From Batkoa obscura (Eukaryota), in contig JASVEC010000013.1 in NCBI GenBank assembly GCA_030770535.1, forward strand, positions 372,001 to 436,000: DNA of 64,000 nucleotides. Direction: 5' to 3'. A program made the translations under genes and the position numbers. Below, piece by piece: positions 1 to 12,380 of the stretch (the first letter of the stretch is position 1; each line of letters opens with the position of its first letter). The notes under the pieces were generated by a model that saw only the letters and a program-made list of their open reading frames with translations, searched no databases and was not told the DNA's origin.

Positions 1-565
1 TAAAATTCTTAAAAGAGCTTACACCACTAACTAGTTTATTAACAAATTATCAAAATAAATTAACATTTACAGTATCTAAAGAACCATTATGTAATAAGAA
101 GCATGGTAGATTTAGCGGAAATTTATACAAATAATGATACATTGGTAGTCTACATATAAATATTTTTTATTCTTTTATGTTGTTTTGATCTATTTAATTT
201 TTTCTGAAATTCGGTTAATCCAAAATAGTCATTTATATTTATCCTATAATTTAAAAGCGGCATTAATGTAGATTTCTGTGTAGAATATCTTCGCTAGCAG
301 TAATGCATTCTTGATCTAACATAAAATCTAAAGATCATGAGGAATTTAAGCTCAAGCTTACTTGATATTTCGCTAAAATAAAATTCACTTCCAAGTGATT
401 GGATAAAATTATTCTGTTAACATTATTAAGATTTAGTATAGCTTAACTTAATATTATTTCATTTTGTGTTGAATTAATATTTAAAAATAAGCTTTTTAAC
501 AATAGCTTTTTGTATTTTATTTGTAGAACTTTACCATCTATCAAGCTCAATTAACAACTATTCTA

Positions 566-1468
566 ATGGAAATCGATTCCTATAATTCATTTCATTATAC
601 AGCCGTAGGATTAATTTTTGCAGCTATACTATTAAATACATTTTTGATATATTTTTGCCTACGTATAAAGACATTAACCAGAGATTTAAAATTAATAATT
701 GCTATAGCAGCAGCAGAGTATTTTGTACCAATAGTAGTATTGATTGATTATATATACTATTGCATCCATGAAGAAAGACTAATTCACATAAATTTAGGAT
801 GTCAAGTCCTTGGATTTTTAACAACAATTATCTATTATTTTGAAATTTTATTAAACGTTTTTTTAGCTGCTGAAAGGTTATGCAAAGTACTTGAAGTTAG
901 ACTACCTACTTTTGTATATTTTGTGTTATATTCAAATACCCTAGTTTTTTTGTTCCTTTTATCCTATTGTACATCTCAAAATTTAATGATACCGGCTACT
1001 TCCGAATTAACTTGCGTGTTAGCTGTAACTACTTCAATACTTGGCTCAATTACTTATCATTATCTTTTATTTGGATTTTTCTTAGGAATTGTAATAATAT
1101 CCTTATGTTATTATAAACTAGCCAAAAGCATAACCAATTTGAAAAATTTTATTGAAATCGAAGCAATTTCAAACCGAAGTAAGCAAGTGAGCAGTGTAAA
1201 CCCAAAGTATAATTCGGCTTCAATTAGAATATACATTATATTAATATTGTATACTATCTGTATGTTTGGTTCAATTTTTTTCCATTTATTAGAAAGCTCA
1301 CTCCATTATACATGGGGTAAAATAAATCAAACAATACTTATTACAAATCAAGTAGCCCAAATCTTATTTATCATTGGGATATTGACCAATTCAACGTTAC
1401 TTTTAACTATACATACTGGTATAAGAAAAGAAGTGACCTTCTTTTACAGACATATGAAGTGCTGGTAG
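566..1468 (+). CDS. Rhodopsin-like (class A-type) 7TM GPCR
   Basis: 300 aa with seven hydrophobic segments, Cys at the start of TM3 (GCQVLGF), ERL at the DRY position (LAAERLCKV), ECL2 Cys (ELTCVL). Confidence 0.7.
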   Translation: MEIDSYNSFHYTAVGLIFAAILLNTFLIYFCLRIKTLTRDLKLIIAIAAAEYFVPIVVLIDYIYYCIHEERLIHINLGCQVLGFLTTIIYYFEILLNVFLAAERLCKVLEVRLPTFVYFVLYSNTLVFLFLLSYCTSQNLMIPATSELTCVLAVTTSILGSITYHYLLFGFFLGIVIISLCYYKLAKSITNLKNFIEIEAISNRSKQVSSVNPKYNSASIRIYIILILYTICMFGSIFFHLLESSLHYTWGKINQTILITNQVAQILFIIGILTNSTLLLTIHTGIRKEVTFFYRHMKCW

Positions 1469-1886
1469 TCAGCTATAGTATCATATTTGATATCCGTTCA
1501 CTTGATTAATATTAGTTCAATCACTTGGTTAAATTACTCGCCTTATTTCATTATCCATTTCATCATTTTACTAATAAATCCGAAAATATTACCCATTTTA
1601 CCTTTGAATTTATTTAAACTAATCCTGGTAAAATAGGTAAGCATAGTTAAGTTCCTGTTTGCGCTTCATATGCATGTTAAAATTTAATTCATCAATATAG
1701 TTGTCACTTGTAAAAGATAATGATACTATTTTATATTTAAACATAGATTTTACTTTCTAATTGAAAATTAGAAAATGCTTTCAATTGATTTGTAAAAACA
1801 AAGTTAAAAGTACAAAAAAATAGGTTATATATTAATTGCTACATTAGAATTCAAGCAACTAATCTCTTCGAGAATTGCCCAAAAAT

Positions 1887-1959
1887 GGTCCCGTGGCCCA
1901 ATGGATAAGGCGTCTGTCTACGGAACAGAAGATTCCAGGTTCGATCCCTGGCGGGATCA
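1887..1959 (+). tRNA. tRNA-Arg (anticodon ACG)
   Basis: 73 nt GGTCCCG...CGGGATCA; D-arm TGGCCCAATGGATAAGGC; anticodon arm TCTGT-CTACGGA-ACAGA; T-loop GGTTCGATCC; downstream T-run (Pol III terminator). Confidence 0.95.
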
Positions 1960-2449
1960 TTAAATTTTTTTGAATTTCTCCCAGTTTTAACTACTTGGGT
2001 ATCATGAGCAACCCATGCCCAGCAAAATTAAACTATGACAAATATTGCTATGCGAAAATTATTCTTCAATAATCAAAAGATGGATCAAAAATCGCGATCC
2101 AATCAAACGGAATTTTTTAAGATGTTTGGTACTCAAAGGGCTAACTTCAAAGTCGTTTAAACTATTGATTGATACTTAATTTTTATAACTAATTACTTTG
2201 TCTGTTTTCTATTTTCATGACTATATTGAGTTCAACTTAACCTTTGTTATAATATTTTAGTTAAATTTTAAGCTTTTAAGTGAATATATCAATAGTATAT
2301 TTATAGATCAAAATTGCTATAGTTGAAATTAAAATTTAATATAATAGGTGTTTTTTTTTAAAATTCAAGTTTTACAGTTTTATTGATAGTGATATAGCAA
2401 TAAAAGTATACTAATAATTAAAGTGGTATAAACAGGAATGAAAAAAGTC

Positions 2450-3100
2450 TTTTAAGAAGAAAAGATGTAATTTAATAGAATTTTTAAATAAAAAAAAGTG
2501 TTTAGGTAAATTTAGGACCAAAGGACTTTAATCTAAAGAATTTAGGATATACAATAAAAGAAGTTTTTTTTAACATCGAACTATTATGCCCCAGAAAGGC
2601 TGGAGTTAATTAACTATAAAAGATAAAGCATTTTTTTTTAAAATTGTAAACTTTAAGCGATTTTATTCTAGTATTTATGGATATACAAGCATTTTTCAAA
2701 ATTTTATTTAAATGATTCTAACAGCTTCATCCAACACTTAATCTTTAAACACTCTTACGCTTTCCAAGTACTACTTTTGCTCAAATATTAAATAAACATC
2801 AAAGATTAGTTTATCTTATATCTTATTATTTAAGGTTTTTGATACTCCTATACCTTCATATTGAACCTTGAGCTTTACTGATCTAAATTTCGAATGTTGT
2901 GTTTTAATACTATTTTAGATACTTCTTGATGTAGCAAAAGCACTTGTAAATGTTTTAATTTCAAGTAACCTAGTTCATCTACCTGGCTTTTGAATAAATT
3001 TAGTATAAATTTATCACAACTCCTCATCTTATGTCAATAATATTTCTAGAATAGAAAAATCTTTTTGCAACAGAGCTATAATGATTATACAAAACAAGCC
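2450..3100 (-). mobile_element. Possible highly degenerate Tc1/IS630-like transposase remnant
   Basis: Minus-strand fragments resembling the DNAxIH and LWGIIV motifs; no intact ORF; boundaries approximate. Confidence 0.25.
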
Positions 3101-3207
3101 TTATACATGAATAGATAGCCTAAAAAAACCATTCTTAATATTATTTAAAATTATTTAATAGACTATCGTTTAGAGTTAGGTAATATATAACAGAACTATC
3201 AGTATAT

Positions 3208-3305
3208 GGTGATGTTTTTTTGACTTCATCACTTTTTCCATTTTTTAAGCGCTATTTGAGCGGAAAGATTGTTAGTAAAATTCTTAAACAAAAAAATATA
3301 TCCCT
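3208..3305 (+). mobile_element. ~98-bp MITE (Sola-like family A)
   Basis: Matches the 11 other copies; ATAT on both flanks. Confidence 0.85.
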
Positions 3306-3613
3306 ATATTTTGGTTAGAAGTTAGTTTATACTTTAGTATACTTAGTTTAAATTATAACATTAAACCATTTCAAAGGGATCGTTCTTGAAAAATCATTAT
3401 TTAACTATATCAGAGGAATTGGCATTCAAAAAACCACTTTAAGTAGTTCAATGTTTTGTTCAATTAATAAGAAACTATTATTTTATTTATACCACCTATC
3501 AGGATAAGGAGAGTATAAATAATAATTTGAATAAAAGTTTAGCTTAAAAAAAATAAAAAAGGTAATAAATTTATATGAATTTTATTAATATATTATTAAT
3601 TGAAGTTATAACT

Positions 3614-5236
3614 TTACTCTTTCTTCTTTTTGATAGTATAAATTAACTTTTTAGATTGAAATCTTAAAAATAATTTATAAAATGTATAAATAAAAAAAAC
3701 AGAGATAATAATAATTGAAGTCAATAAAAACCCAATAATATCTAAATAATAATCTTTCCATAAATTACTTTCTGATTTAGATAAATGTGCATTATAACAA
3801 GTAGAATCTCTATTACATAATTTAGTTAGTTCTAAATGAGCTTCTACTAAATCTGCTGTTTGACTTTTCATATTTTTTCTATTCTTAATAATATTATTTA
3901 CTCGGTTTAAATTCGTTTCAAATTTATTATTATTTAATAATTGATTCATTTTATGATGAATTTGTTTTATAGTATTTTGGTGAATATCAATACTTAATCC
4001 TACATTCATTTGAATAACTTTTTGAGAACTGCGTGGTTGATCTGCTAAAAAGGGATGACATAGCAATGGTTTCTTTGCACTTAAAGATTCAAATGTAGAT
4101 TCTAGTCCACAATGAGATAAGAATAATTTTGTATGTTTATGGTTTAATATAGCTTGTTGTGGTGCCCAATTTAATAATCTTATATTTGGATGTTGATTTT
4201 CAATTAATTGTTGTGTTGTATAATTAAAATTGTTAATATTTAATTCAAAATTTAATTTACTTAATCCTAATCCAAATATAATGCCATTATATAATCCTTT
4301 ATTTAGTCCTTCTATTAACGTTGCCATAAATTTAGTCATTATCTCATTACCTAATAATACATTGGAACCAAAAGCAATATAAACTATATTATTATGTTGA
4401 TTTAAAAATATATCTAATTCATTTGATAATTGAATATAATTATTATTAAAAATAGGACCAATCATATGAAAATTAGGTTGAATAGGTAGAATTGGTTCGT
4501 AAGGAAAGAAAGTGTTAGCTAAAGCTAGATCTTTATCCCAATCTCCTAATGGGTTATTACTTTGTGGAATGTTAAATTTAGTTCTTAATTGTTGCATTTT
4601 ATTAATAAATGGTAAAAAGTAATATATTTCTTTTAGTTTTAAATAAATCATTTCATATAGTCTTATAGTAAAATTACATTGATTTAAATACATATTACTT
4701 AAACCAAATGAATTACTTATTACTCCGTTACTCTGTAATCCATACATATCTGCATGTTGAAAAGTATTAATTATTGGTACATTCAATGATTTACCTATAT
4801 CTCTACAAACAGGGGAAAAAAAATCACAAAACAACAAATCTGGATTTAACTCTTCTAATATTTCTTTAAAAGAAACAAATGAATCTTCATAAAGGGCCGG
4901 TATCAAGGTACCAATAATTGAACTTGCAACTCCAAATCGATCAATTGGTTCATCAAATCCATTAATTCTTTTTGTTACAGCATCTAAATTCCATTTATCA
5001 TTATCGATCCTTCCACTTGCTAAAAAAGTAAAATTATATCCAGTTATAAAGTTAGCATTTTCCTTTGGTGCTACATAATATATTTCATGACCTCGTAAAT
5101 TTAATTCTTTTCCAATTTCCAACATGGCTTTAATATGACTTTTACCACCAGCGCCACTATGTAATACAATTTTATCACATAGACTTAAGTGGATATAGAA
5201 ACAAAAGAGTATACGTTTTATTAATGAAAATATCAT
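3614..5236 (-). CDS. Membrane-bound UDP-glycosyltransferase (GT1/UDPGT family)
   Basis: Signal peptide, GKSH catalytic His, UGT signature WAPQQAILNH...FLSHCGLES...P...DQ, C-terminal TM and KKKE ER-retrieval-like tail. Confidence 0.92.
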   Translation of the reverse strand: MIFSLIKRILFCFYIHLSLCDKIVLHSGAGGKSHIKAMLEIGKELNLRGHEIYYVAPKENANFITGYNFTFLASGRIDNDKWNLDAVTKRINGFDEPIDRFGVASSIIGTLIPALYEDSFVSFKEILEELNPDLLFCDFFSPVCRDIGKSLNVPIINTFQHADMYGLQSNGVISNSFGLSNMYLNQCNFTIRLYEMIYLKLKEIYYFLPFINKMQQLRTKFNIPQSNNPLGDWDKDLALANTFFPYEPILPIQPNFHMIGPIFNNNYIQLSNELDIFLNQHNNIVYIAFGSNVLLGNEIMTKFMATLIEGLNKGLYNGIIFGLGLSKLNFELNINNFNYTTQQLIENQHPNIRLLNWAPQQAILNHKHTKLFLSHCGLESTFESLSAKKPLLCHPFLADQPRSSQKVIQMNVGLSIDIHQNTIKQIHHKMNQLLNNNKFETNLNRVNNIIKNRKNMKSQTADLVEAHLELTKLCNRDSTCYNAHLSKSESNLWKDYYLDIIGFLLTSIIIISVFFIYTFYKLFLRFQSKKLIYTIKKKKE

Positions 5237-6242
5237 TTTTTTGTTTTGTTAAATTATAAAAAGTATAAAATAAAAAATCATCAAAATTGATTTTTTATAT
5301 ACTTTTTCGGGTTAATCAAATTTAACCGATTGTTTATCAGGTGTTCTTCATTATCCAATTTCACACCGAAAGTTAACTTGTTTTGGGCGAATAAACTAGA
5401 TTATTTAAAATTTTTATTACTAAGGGCATATAGTAAAATTTTAGAACAGTAGCAATGATAAATGATATAACTTAGTTTTTTGAAAAGATTCAACATCTCG
5501 GGTTCGGTTAATTTTTTGTTGTTTTTTTTTGGCTAGTAATTAAAATCTAGAGGTATTTATGATGGATAAATGCTAGCTTTAAACTAGAGTAAAGCTCATA
5601 TGAAATGGAGTTAAAAAATGAGTTAGACAATGATTATTTAATACTATTTGTACAGCATTTTATCCACTATGTAATATTACTTTAGACTATACACATTTGT
5701 TTCAACATATTCAAATTGTTTTAATTATGATCTATTTTTAAAATCCTATTTAGTTTACTAAAAATGAATTTTTTTTAATTACAACAGCTTTGGCACAAAT
5801 TTGTATATAAAGTAGATTAGGAAATGAGTTAGACACTTGCGAATCCTTTATTCCCCTCTATTTTGTTTCCATTTATTATAAAATGATGCTTTAAGTTATT
5901 CCCATTTATTCTAACATATCGAAATCTTTTGAACTATAACTTACCTTTAGAAAGTATATTTAGTTTACCAAAAATTAAATTTTATAGTTGAAGTGACTTT
6001 AAAACTGAGTTCGTACTTGCTATTTTAATTTGTAAATATCAGATATGGCTTCAAATATGTTATCAAAGTAACTAATATTTCTCATAAATAATTGTCTTTT
6101 TTATATCAATTTGCTAAGAGTATAGAACTGCAATAATAAAAAGATTAAAAAAACTATTAGTGAGAAGAAAAATTACTACTGTGACCAAAGATTTTGACAT
6201 TTACAACCTAACTAAAAAATATTAAAGATGCAAAAGGTCACA

Positions 6243-6315
6243 TGATCCCGCCAGGGATCGAACCTGGAATCTTCTGTTCCGTAGACAGACGCCTTATCCA
6301 TTGGGCCACGGGACC
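6243..6315 (-). tRNA. tRNA-Arg (anticodon ACG), identical to the 1887-1959 copy
   Basis: Exact reverse complement of 1887-1959; about 60 bp of 5' flank also shared. Confidence 0.95.
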
Positions 6316-7480
6316 ATTTTTGGGCAATTCTCGAAGAGACTAGTTGCTTGAATTCTAATGTAGCAATTAATATATAAATTGTTAGTTTTTGTGTACTGCC
6401 TTTGCTATTCAATATTGATCCAGTCCAGTATAAAAGTGAGCTGAGCATTTAAATTTGTAATATTGGACATAAATATAGATAAAATTGACATGATTAAATT
6501 TAGAAGACGCAGATTGAAGATGCCCAATTTACGTTTAAATTGGATTAGTAGTAGTTAAGGTTAAATGTATAAATATATTTTGAATATTGTATATTTTATA
6601 GTAATATTAAAAAATGACCTTGCATGTAATGAATAAATTAAACAAATAAATCATTTTAACTTTCTGTACTCAAGTTTATTGTTTGTGTTTATTTTACTTT
6701 TTTTGGTACATCCAAAATAATTTTACTATTTAAAAGCATAATAATATACTAATTTTTATGATTATTTGAACTTTTAAATTGTCAAACTATTAGTAGTTTA
6801 AAAAAATATACAAATGTGTCAAGGTACTACTTTAAAATTAATATTTATAACGATTGAAAATAAGCGATAGAAGAATTAAAAATATAAAAACAAAGCTTTA
6901 TTACTTTATCATAGCACAAAGACTTTCATCTATATGCTTTAGCTAAAGGAAGTGAGCTAAACCCATACGATTAGGAGGAAAAGATCAAACAATAATTTAT
7001 TATCACATCCAGTAGCTGATACATTTATTATACTAGTATTACTGTCCCCAAAGAAATAATAGACAATGGTTTTAGGATGGACTCCTTGTATACTGGGTAG
7101 GGATTAGATTGTAATTTAAAGTATTAAAAATATGATAGTTTTACAGACATAATATAAATAGGATGATGAATTTTCATTATTTATCTAGAGTTTAGCCCTA
7201 TGCATTTTAGATACTTTTCCGGAGTAAGTTTTTAATTTGAATGCATTTGATGTAATATAAATTCGTCTTTGGTGGAAGACAAAGATGGTAAATGCATTAA
7301 AAAGTGAAAGTGCTAAGGTGTTCTTCAGTAGGGTTTCCCGCTCAAAGAATAGCCCTCATACTGGCCAAGGCATAAGGCGATGCTCAACTTTTTTGATTTT
7401 AATAGAGATAATTATCTTTATTTTGGCTCCACCTAAACTCAGTATAATCCTTAAATATTAATAAGATAAGCTTCCTGTTT

Positions 7481-8860
7481 TTATTCATAGATGATTCTAT
7501 TTGTTATAAGTTCTGTTTTGATAGGCAATGTAGTACTATGATTATCAATTTCATGAGAATACCTAAAAAAATCTGTATTATAATAATTGTATTTATCGTC
7601 TAATGAATAAATTGACCCAATGATTATAGGGTCCGTTATGATACTAGGAGACCTGCTCTTTTTTAGCTTATATTTATAAAGTAATAATACTATGGTTGCT
7701 AATATTAGTATAATCCCCCCTAACCCTATTGCAATACCTTCAATTATTGTATTCTCACAATTGGTATAATTTATTTTTTCGCCATAATTACTATCATTTA
7801 TTGACGAAGGTAAACGATCCATTTGTTCCCAATTAGTTATGCTTATTAACAAGATTTTATTGGAGCTTTCCACAGACCTTTCGTTTCTGTAATTAATATA
7901 ATATAATCCAAATAAATTTATTAAATAATCATTATAAACAGCAAAACAACCATTATTATTTATTCTAATTTGTTTGGTTTTTTTAAATGAAAATGGAGTT
8001 AATGTTAACTCATAAACATCACCCAAAAAGTTAGCATCTTCACCTTTTTCATATCCGATAAAATAAACGGATTGTCTATATTTTATCATTTCGAAATAAT
8101 CATTATGTTTGATTTTAATGCCATATTCTTTTATACTCTTTGTTATTAAATCCAATTCATATAATTTATACTGACCACTTTTCCTGCGATCTTCTAGCCT
8201 TAGATCTAGAAAATAATAAAATTTGTTATTTGAAGTAAATAATTGATGAATTATCATATTATGGGATATTTCAGTTATCAGTTTCAGCTCCTTGGTTTCA
8301 ATATCGAATGATTTCAGCTGGAAAGGTGTTGTTACTTTGGAATTTTTATTGTAGGAATAACCAGAGATATAAAACAGATTTTCATTTTTTTCATCTTGTA
8401 AAATAAAATAGTTTTGAAAGGATGTTCCATTTTGACTATCATTTGTGATTGACTCCTCATATAAGTCTCTAATATTATACTCATTGTACCATTCATTTTT
8501 CTCAATATCGAAATATTTGATTGATAATAGTTTACTTTCCATATGTTGATAAAAGCTCACAATAGCTCTAGTTCCATTTTTAGTTGTAGAATAAATATAT
8601 GGACCCCAGCTCATTATTGGATGATTACTCGTTTCATTCTTTTCCCATTCTGCTGAATTGTCTATTACTTTGAGCCCATTTTTTAAATCCAATGTAAACA
8701 AATCATGATTTGGTTCCTCTTCTTTTAAATTTGGCATAAGTATATTTCCACCTAAATAATACACTTTATCTTCGATTACAATACAGCCTCCATTTTGTAC
8801 CCTTGGTAAATAAGCACTAACTTTGTAAAATAAAAAAATAAATAATAAAAGGTTGAACAT
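7481..8860 (-). CDS. Single-pass cell-surface kelch/beta-propeller protein
   Basis: Signal peptide (ATG at 8860; the ORF-track start is TTG), kelch blade GGCIVIEDKVYYLGG, TM GIAIGLGGIILILATIVLLLY, cytoplasmic FRYSHEI motif. Confidence 0.8.
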   Translation of the reverse strand: MFNLLLFIFLFYKVSAYLPRVQNGGCIVIEDKVYYLGGNILMPNLKEEEPNHDLFTLDLKNGLKVIDNSAEWEKNETSNHPIMSWGPYIYSTTKNGTRAIVSFYQHMESKLLSIKYFDIEKNEWYNEYNIRDLYEESITNDSQNGTSFQNYFILQDEKNENLFYISGYSYNKNSKVTTPFQLKSFDIETKELKLITEISHNMIIHQLFTSNNKFYYFLDLRLEDRRKSGQYKLYELDLITKSIKEYGIKIKHNDYFEMIKYRQSVYFIGYEKGEDANFLGDVYELTLTPFSFKKTKQIRINNNGCFAVYNDYLINLFGLYYINYRNERSVESSNKILLISITNWEQMDRLPSSINDSNYGEKINYTNCENTIIEGIAIGLGGIILILATIVLLLYKYKLKKSRSPSIITDPIIIGSIYSLDDKYNYYNTDFFRYSHEIDNHSTTLPIKTELITNRIIYE

Positions 8861-9910
8861 TAAAAAACAAAAAAACAAGCAATTCTATCTTTGTTTGCGT
8901 TATTTATAAACTTTGGTATATCATGAACTAATTATTGTATATGATCAAATATTGTACACTTGTAGAAGTTAGCCAGTAAGCTCCATCATCTCACAAGAAT
9001 AGGGTACAAATGTTTTTATTTCAGATTAAGTTACAATCCAATTTCTGTAATTTTTTTAAATTTTATTATTTGCTATAAATAGGCAGGAGTGCGATATTGA
9101 ACTGGGTAACTTTGATTAAATTTTGATGAAGAATTAATTTTTATAGCACAAAAAGTGGGTAATAAGCTAAAAGTATAAAAACCTTGACATTAGCACTAAA
9201 GATACTCTACTCTAGCTTTGGTCAATCACAGCACCTACATTGAGTTAATATGAATTTCCACTTTCATATAAATCTTTACTTAAAGCTGGTGTAAAACCAT
9301 TAGCTCCTCAAAAGCTAACTGTGACTGCTTTTTTAATTCAATTGACATTTATTTTGATTAGACTTTGACTAAAGTTACTATTCTTTGTTATGAAGCTGGT
9401 ATAAAATCTTTCAGTCTAATAGTGTACCACCGCTAATAAATAAATAGTTTATGTAAAATATAACATGTAGAAAACTATTCATTAAATTAGCTAGCTATTT
9501 TTTAAGTTATCAAATCCTATAATCAAAAGCGTTTAATAATACTATTGCAGTTGTTGATAGATTTTCAAGGTTCTAATAAACATTATAGAATGACAACATA
9601 AATTTACATCATTACTGATTTAATGGTAATCTCTTAAACCATTAAAGTCAACTAAAAAAGATTTACAAAAAATTTCTTACGTGTATAAACATTATTATAT
9701 TAAAATAATATCCTAGTTTTGTATCATAACTACTATTATGTTAAAGTTTGATAATCTTTAAATGGTACTTCATATTGTTTTGAATAGCTACCATAATCAA
9801 AAACAGTGAGAATTATACTAATTCTGTATTCTATTGATAGTATTTAAGCCTTAAATTAATCTAATATAATTTCAAATTCAAAACAATGATAAAATAAATA
9901 ACTATATATA

Positions 9911-11443
9911 TCAAAGCTTTAATTTAAAGCTATTGTAACAACAATAGAGCCCGAAATAAACTTTATTTTCTTTAATCATACCCATCCCCCTTAGAGCTTT
10001 GTTATGTGATTTTCCAGGTATTATAGGAATAGCATCATTTTTAATTTCGTGAGAATGATTAAAAATATCAGTACTACAATAGTCATTGTTAGTATCTAAT
10101 AGATTTATTGACTCAATATGGATTAGTTCAAGTATGGCACTTGGAGGCCTTTCTTTTCTTAATTTATACTTATAGAATATAAAGAACAAAATCAATGCTA
10201 CTAAAATAAATCCTCCTATCCCGCCTATCAATTTGCCCTTACTTAAATCGCTTGTGGTCTCTATGGTTGCTAGTATTTTTTTTAAATTAATAGTGGTAAA
10301 TAATCAGCTTGTTCCCAATTAGCTATATCTATTAATTGGACTTAATTTGTATTTTGAGAATTACCTAAACCTATGTTTTCAATTAAATATAAATCAAATA
10401 AATTTATAATATAATTATCATAAACATTAAAACATCTAAATTGATTTATTTGTAAATTTCTAGACATTAATTCTAATTCTAATGAAGCTGTTTTTGGCTT
10501 ATAAATATCAACTAAGAGGTTCCTTGTTTGATCAAACCCAAGATGATGTATCGTTTGGTTATATCCAACTACTTGAAACGCAAGACACTTATCGAAATTA
10601 ACTTCATGTAAGGCTTTTTGCTTTGTTGTTAAGTCAAGTGCATATAGTTTATTATAGTTGATATTAAAAGGAAGTTCAATGGTAGCCGGCACTTCAAAAT
10701 AATATACTTTATTGTTTAAAACGAATAATTGATAAATTTACACGTCATTTGGTGACTTGTATAGTTCCAGCTTTCTTAGTTTGAGTATCAAATAGATTCA
10801 AATGAAGGAATAAATATTTAGATGGACTTAGTTGAAATAAAAAACCTGAGATATAAAACTGATTTTTACTGTTTCCATTTTGTAAAACGTAAAATCTTTG
10901 CGTGCTTTTACTTTTCTGATCATCATTTAACTTGTACTCTTTAAATAAATCTTTAATACCATACTCATCGTACCGTTTGCTATCCTTGATGTTAGAGTAA
11001 TTAAATAGGAAGCTTTTATCAGCACCATTATCATATACATTTATTACATCATTACTATCATTCATATAAAATAACTTTGGTGTGTTCATTGTTTTTCGCG
11101 GATTTATTATATTAGTTTCATTTCATTCCGCTTTATTGTTAATTATTTTAACTCTCTTTAAATTCATATGGGGGTGTATTTTTTTGTTTAAGAATTTTAC
11201 TAATAATCTTTCCGCTCAAATAGCACTTAAAAAATGGAAAAAGTAATGAAACTAAAAAAAACATCACCATATGGAATACTTTATCATTATCTTTTCCATT
11301 GACTTGTACGTTTGATATATAATTTCATTGCCCAAATAATACAACTTATCTCCAATAACTAGATAACCCCCTCTAATTAATCTAGGTGAGACAGCGTTGA
11401 TTCAATAAAGTAAGGAACTAATGCTTAACAGTAATGATACCAT
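9911..11443 (-). pseudogene. Disrupted paralog of the kelch-TM protein
   Basis: Collinear with 12381-13781 but has an early stop, frameshifts (fragments 10745-11089, 10342-10692, 9911-10231) and a MITE at 11170-11268. Confidence 0.85.
11170..11268 (-). mobile_element. ~98-bp MITE (family A) inside the kelch pseudogene
   Basis: GGGGG terminus, ATAT both sides. Confidence 0.9.
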
Positions 11444-12380
11444 CTTAAAAAAGCATATTGATTCTGTGAGTTATTTATATCCTTTACTTTAGGGACAAAG
11501 CTCTGCTTTAAAATATACTTGAACAATATAACTCTGAAATTTCCATATTAAGGAGGTGAAATAAATTAAACGCATAGTTTCCTCACCTAAAATTGCTATA
11601 AAAGGCATATATCTATTTCACATCAGTTTATTATCTTCTTTAACTTCTCTTATAAATTTAACACATTTATTCATCTTAGTTCTAGAAATAAACCAGATGA
11701 AACTGATTGGCCCTTTCGAGATTTATAAAATTTTAAACATACCATAAAGTAACTTGCAAGTAAATTTTTATCAAATGTTCCATATTAAAGGCCCCAGGTT
11801 GATATTTTAAATATCGGTGAAAATAAATTAAAGCATTATGGGTATTTCGATATAAGACAAATAATGGATTTTTACCAAAATTGGTAAGTTACGTTTAAAG
11901 GGGGGCATCACTAACTAATTACTAGTAAACTTTACTACCATGAACTCTTAAGAAGAAGAATATAGTATATAACGATTTACATGTAGTATTAGCCATTTTG
12001 TATCAAAATTTTTTATCGCTATTAAGAGTTGGTGGTAAAAAAGAATTGTACTTTACTTTTTAAAAGCTTAGCAGTTTACAAATGATAATAAATTATGTAA
12101 AGTTAACTTAGATTCACAATTAATACTTTTAAATTATAACTTATACGTTATTTGCAGAATCATATGTATGATAAAGCTTTTAAAAAATATGAGTCTTTTT
12201 TGATTGCTAGCTTCTAAAAAAAAGTTAAAAGAGTATGAAAGTTATGTGAAGTTGATATATTAAAGTAGGTCATTTTCATTTATTAAAAAGACGTATAGGA
12301 AATTGTAAATAAAAATAAACTAATTTCAATTTAACTTAGCATCTTTAAAATATGAAAGTCTTAGCTGAAATTTATTTCCT

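Noticed and set aside
6212..6448. 78-aa ORF
   Set aside because: Non-ATG start and it overlaps the tRNA-Arg gene; spurious
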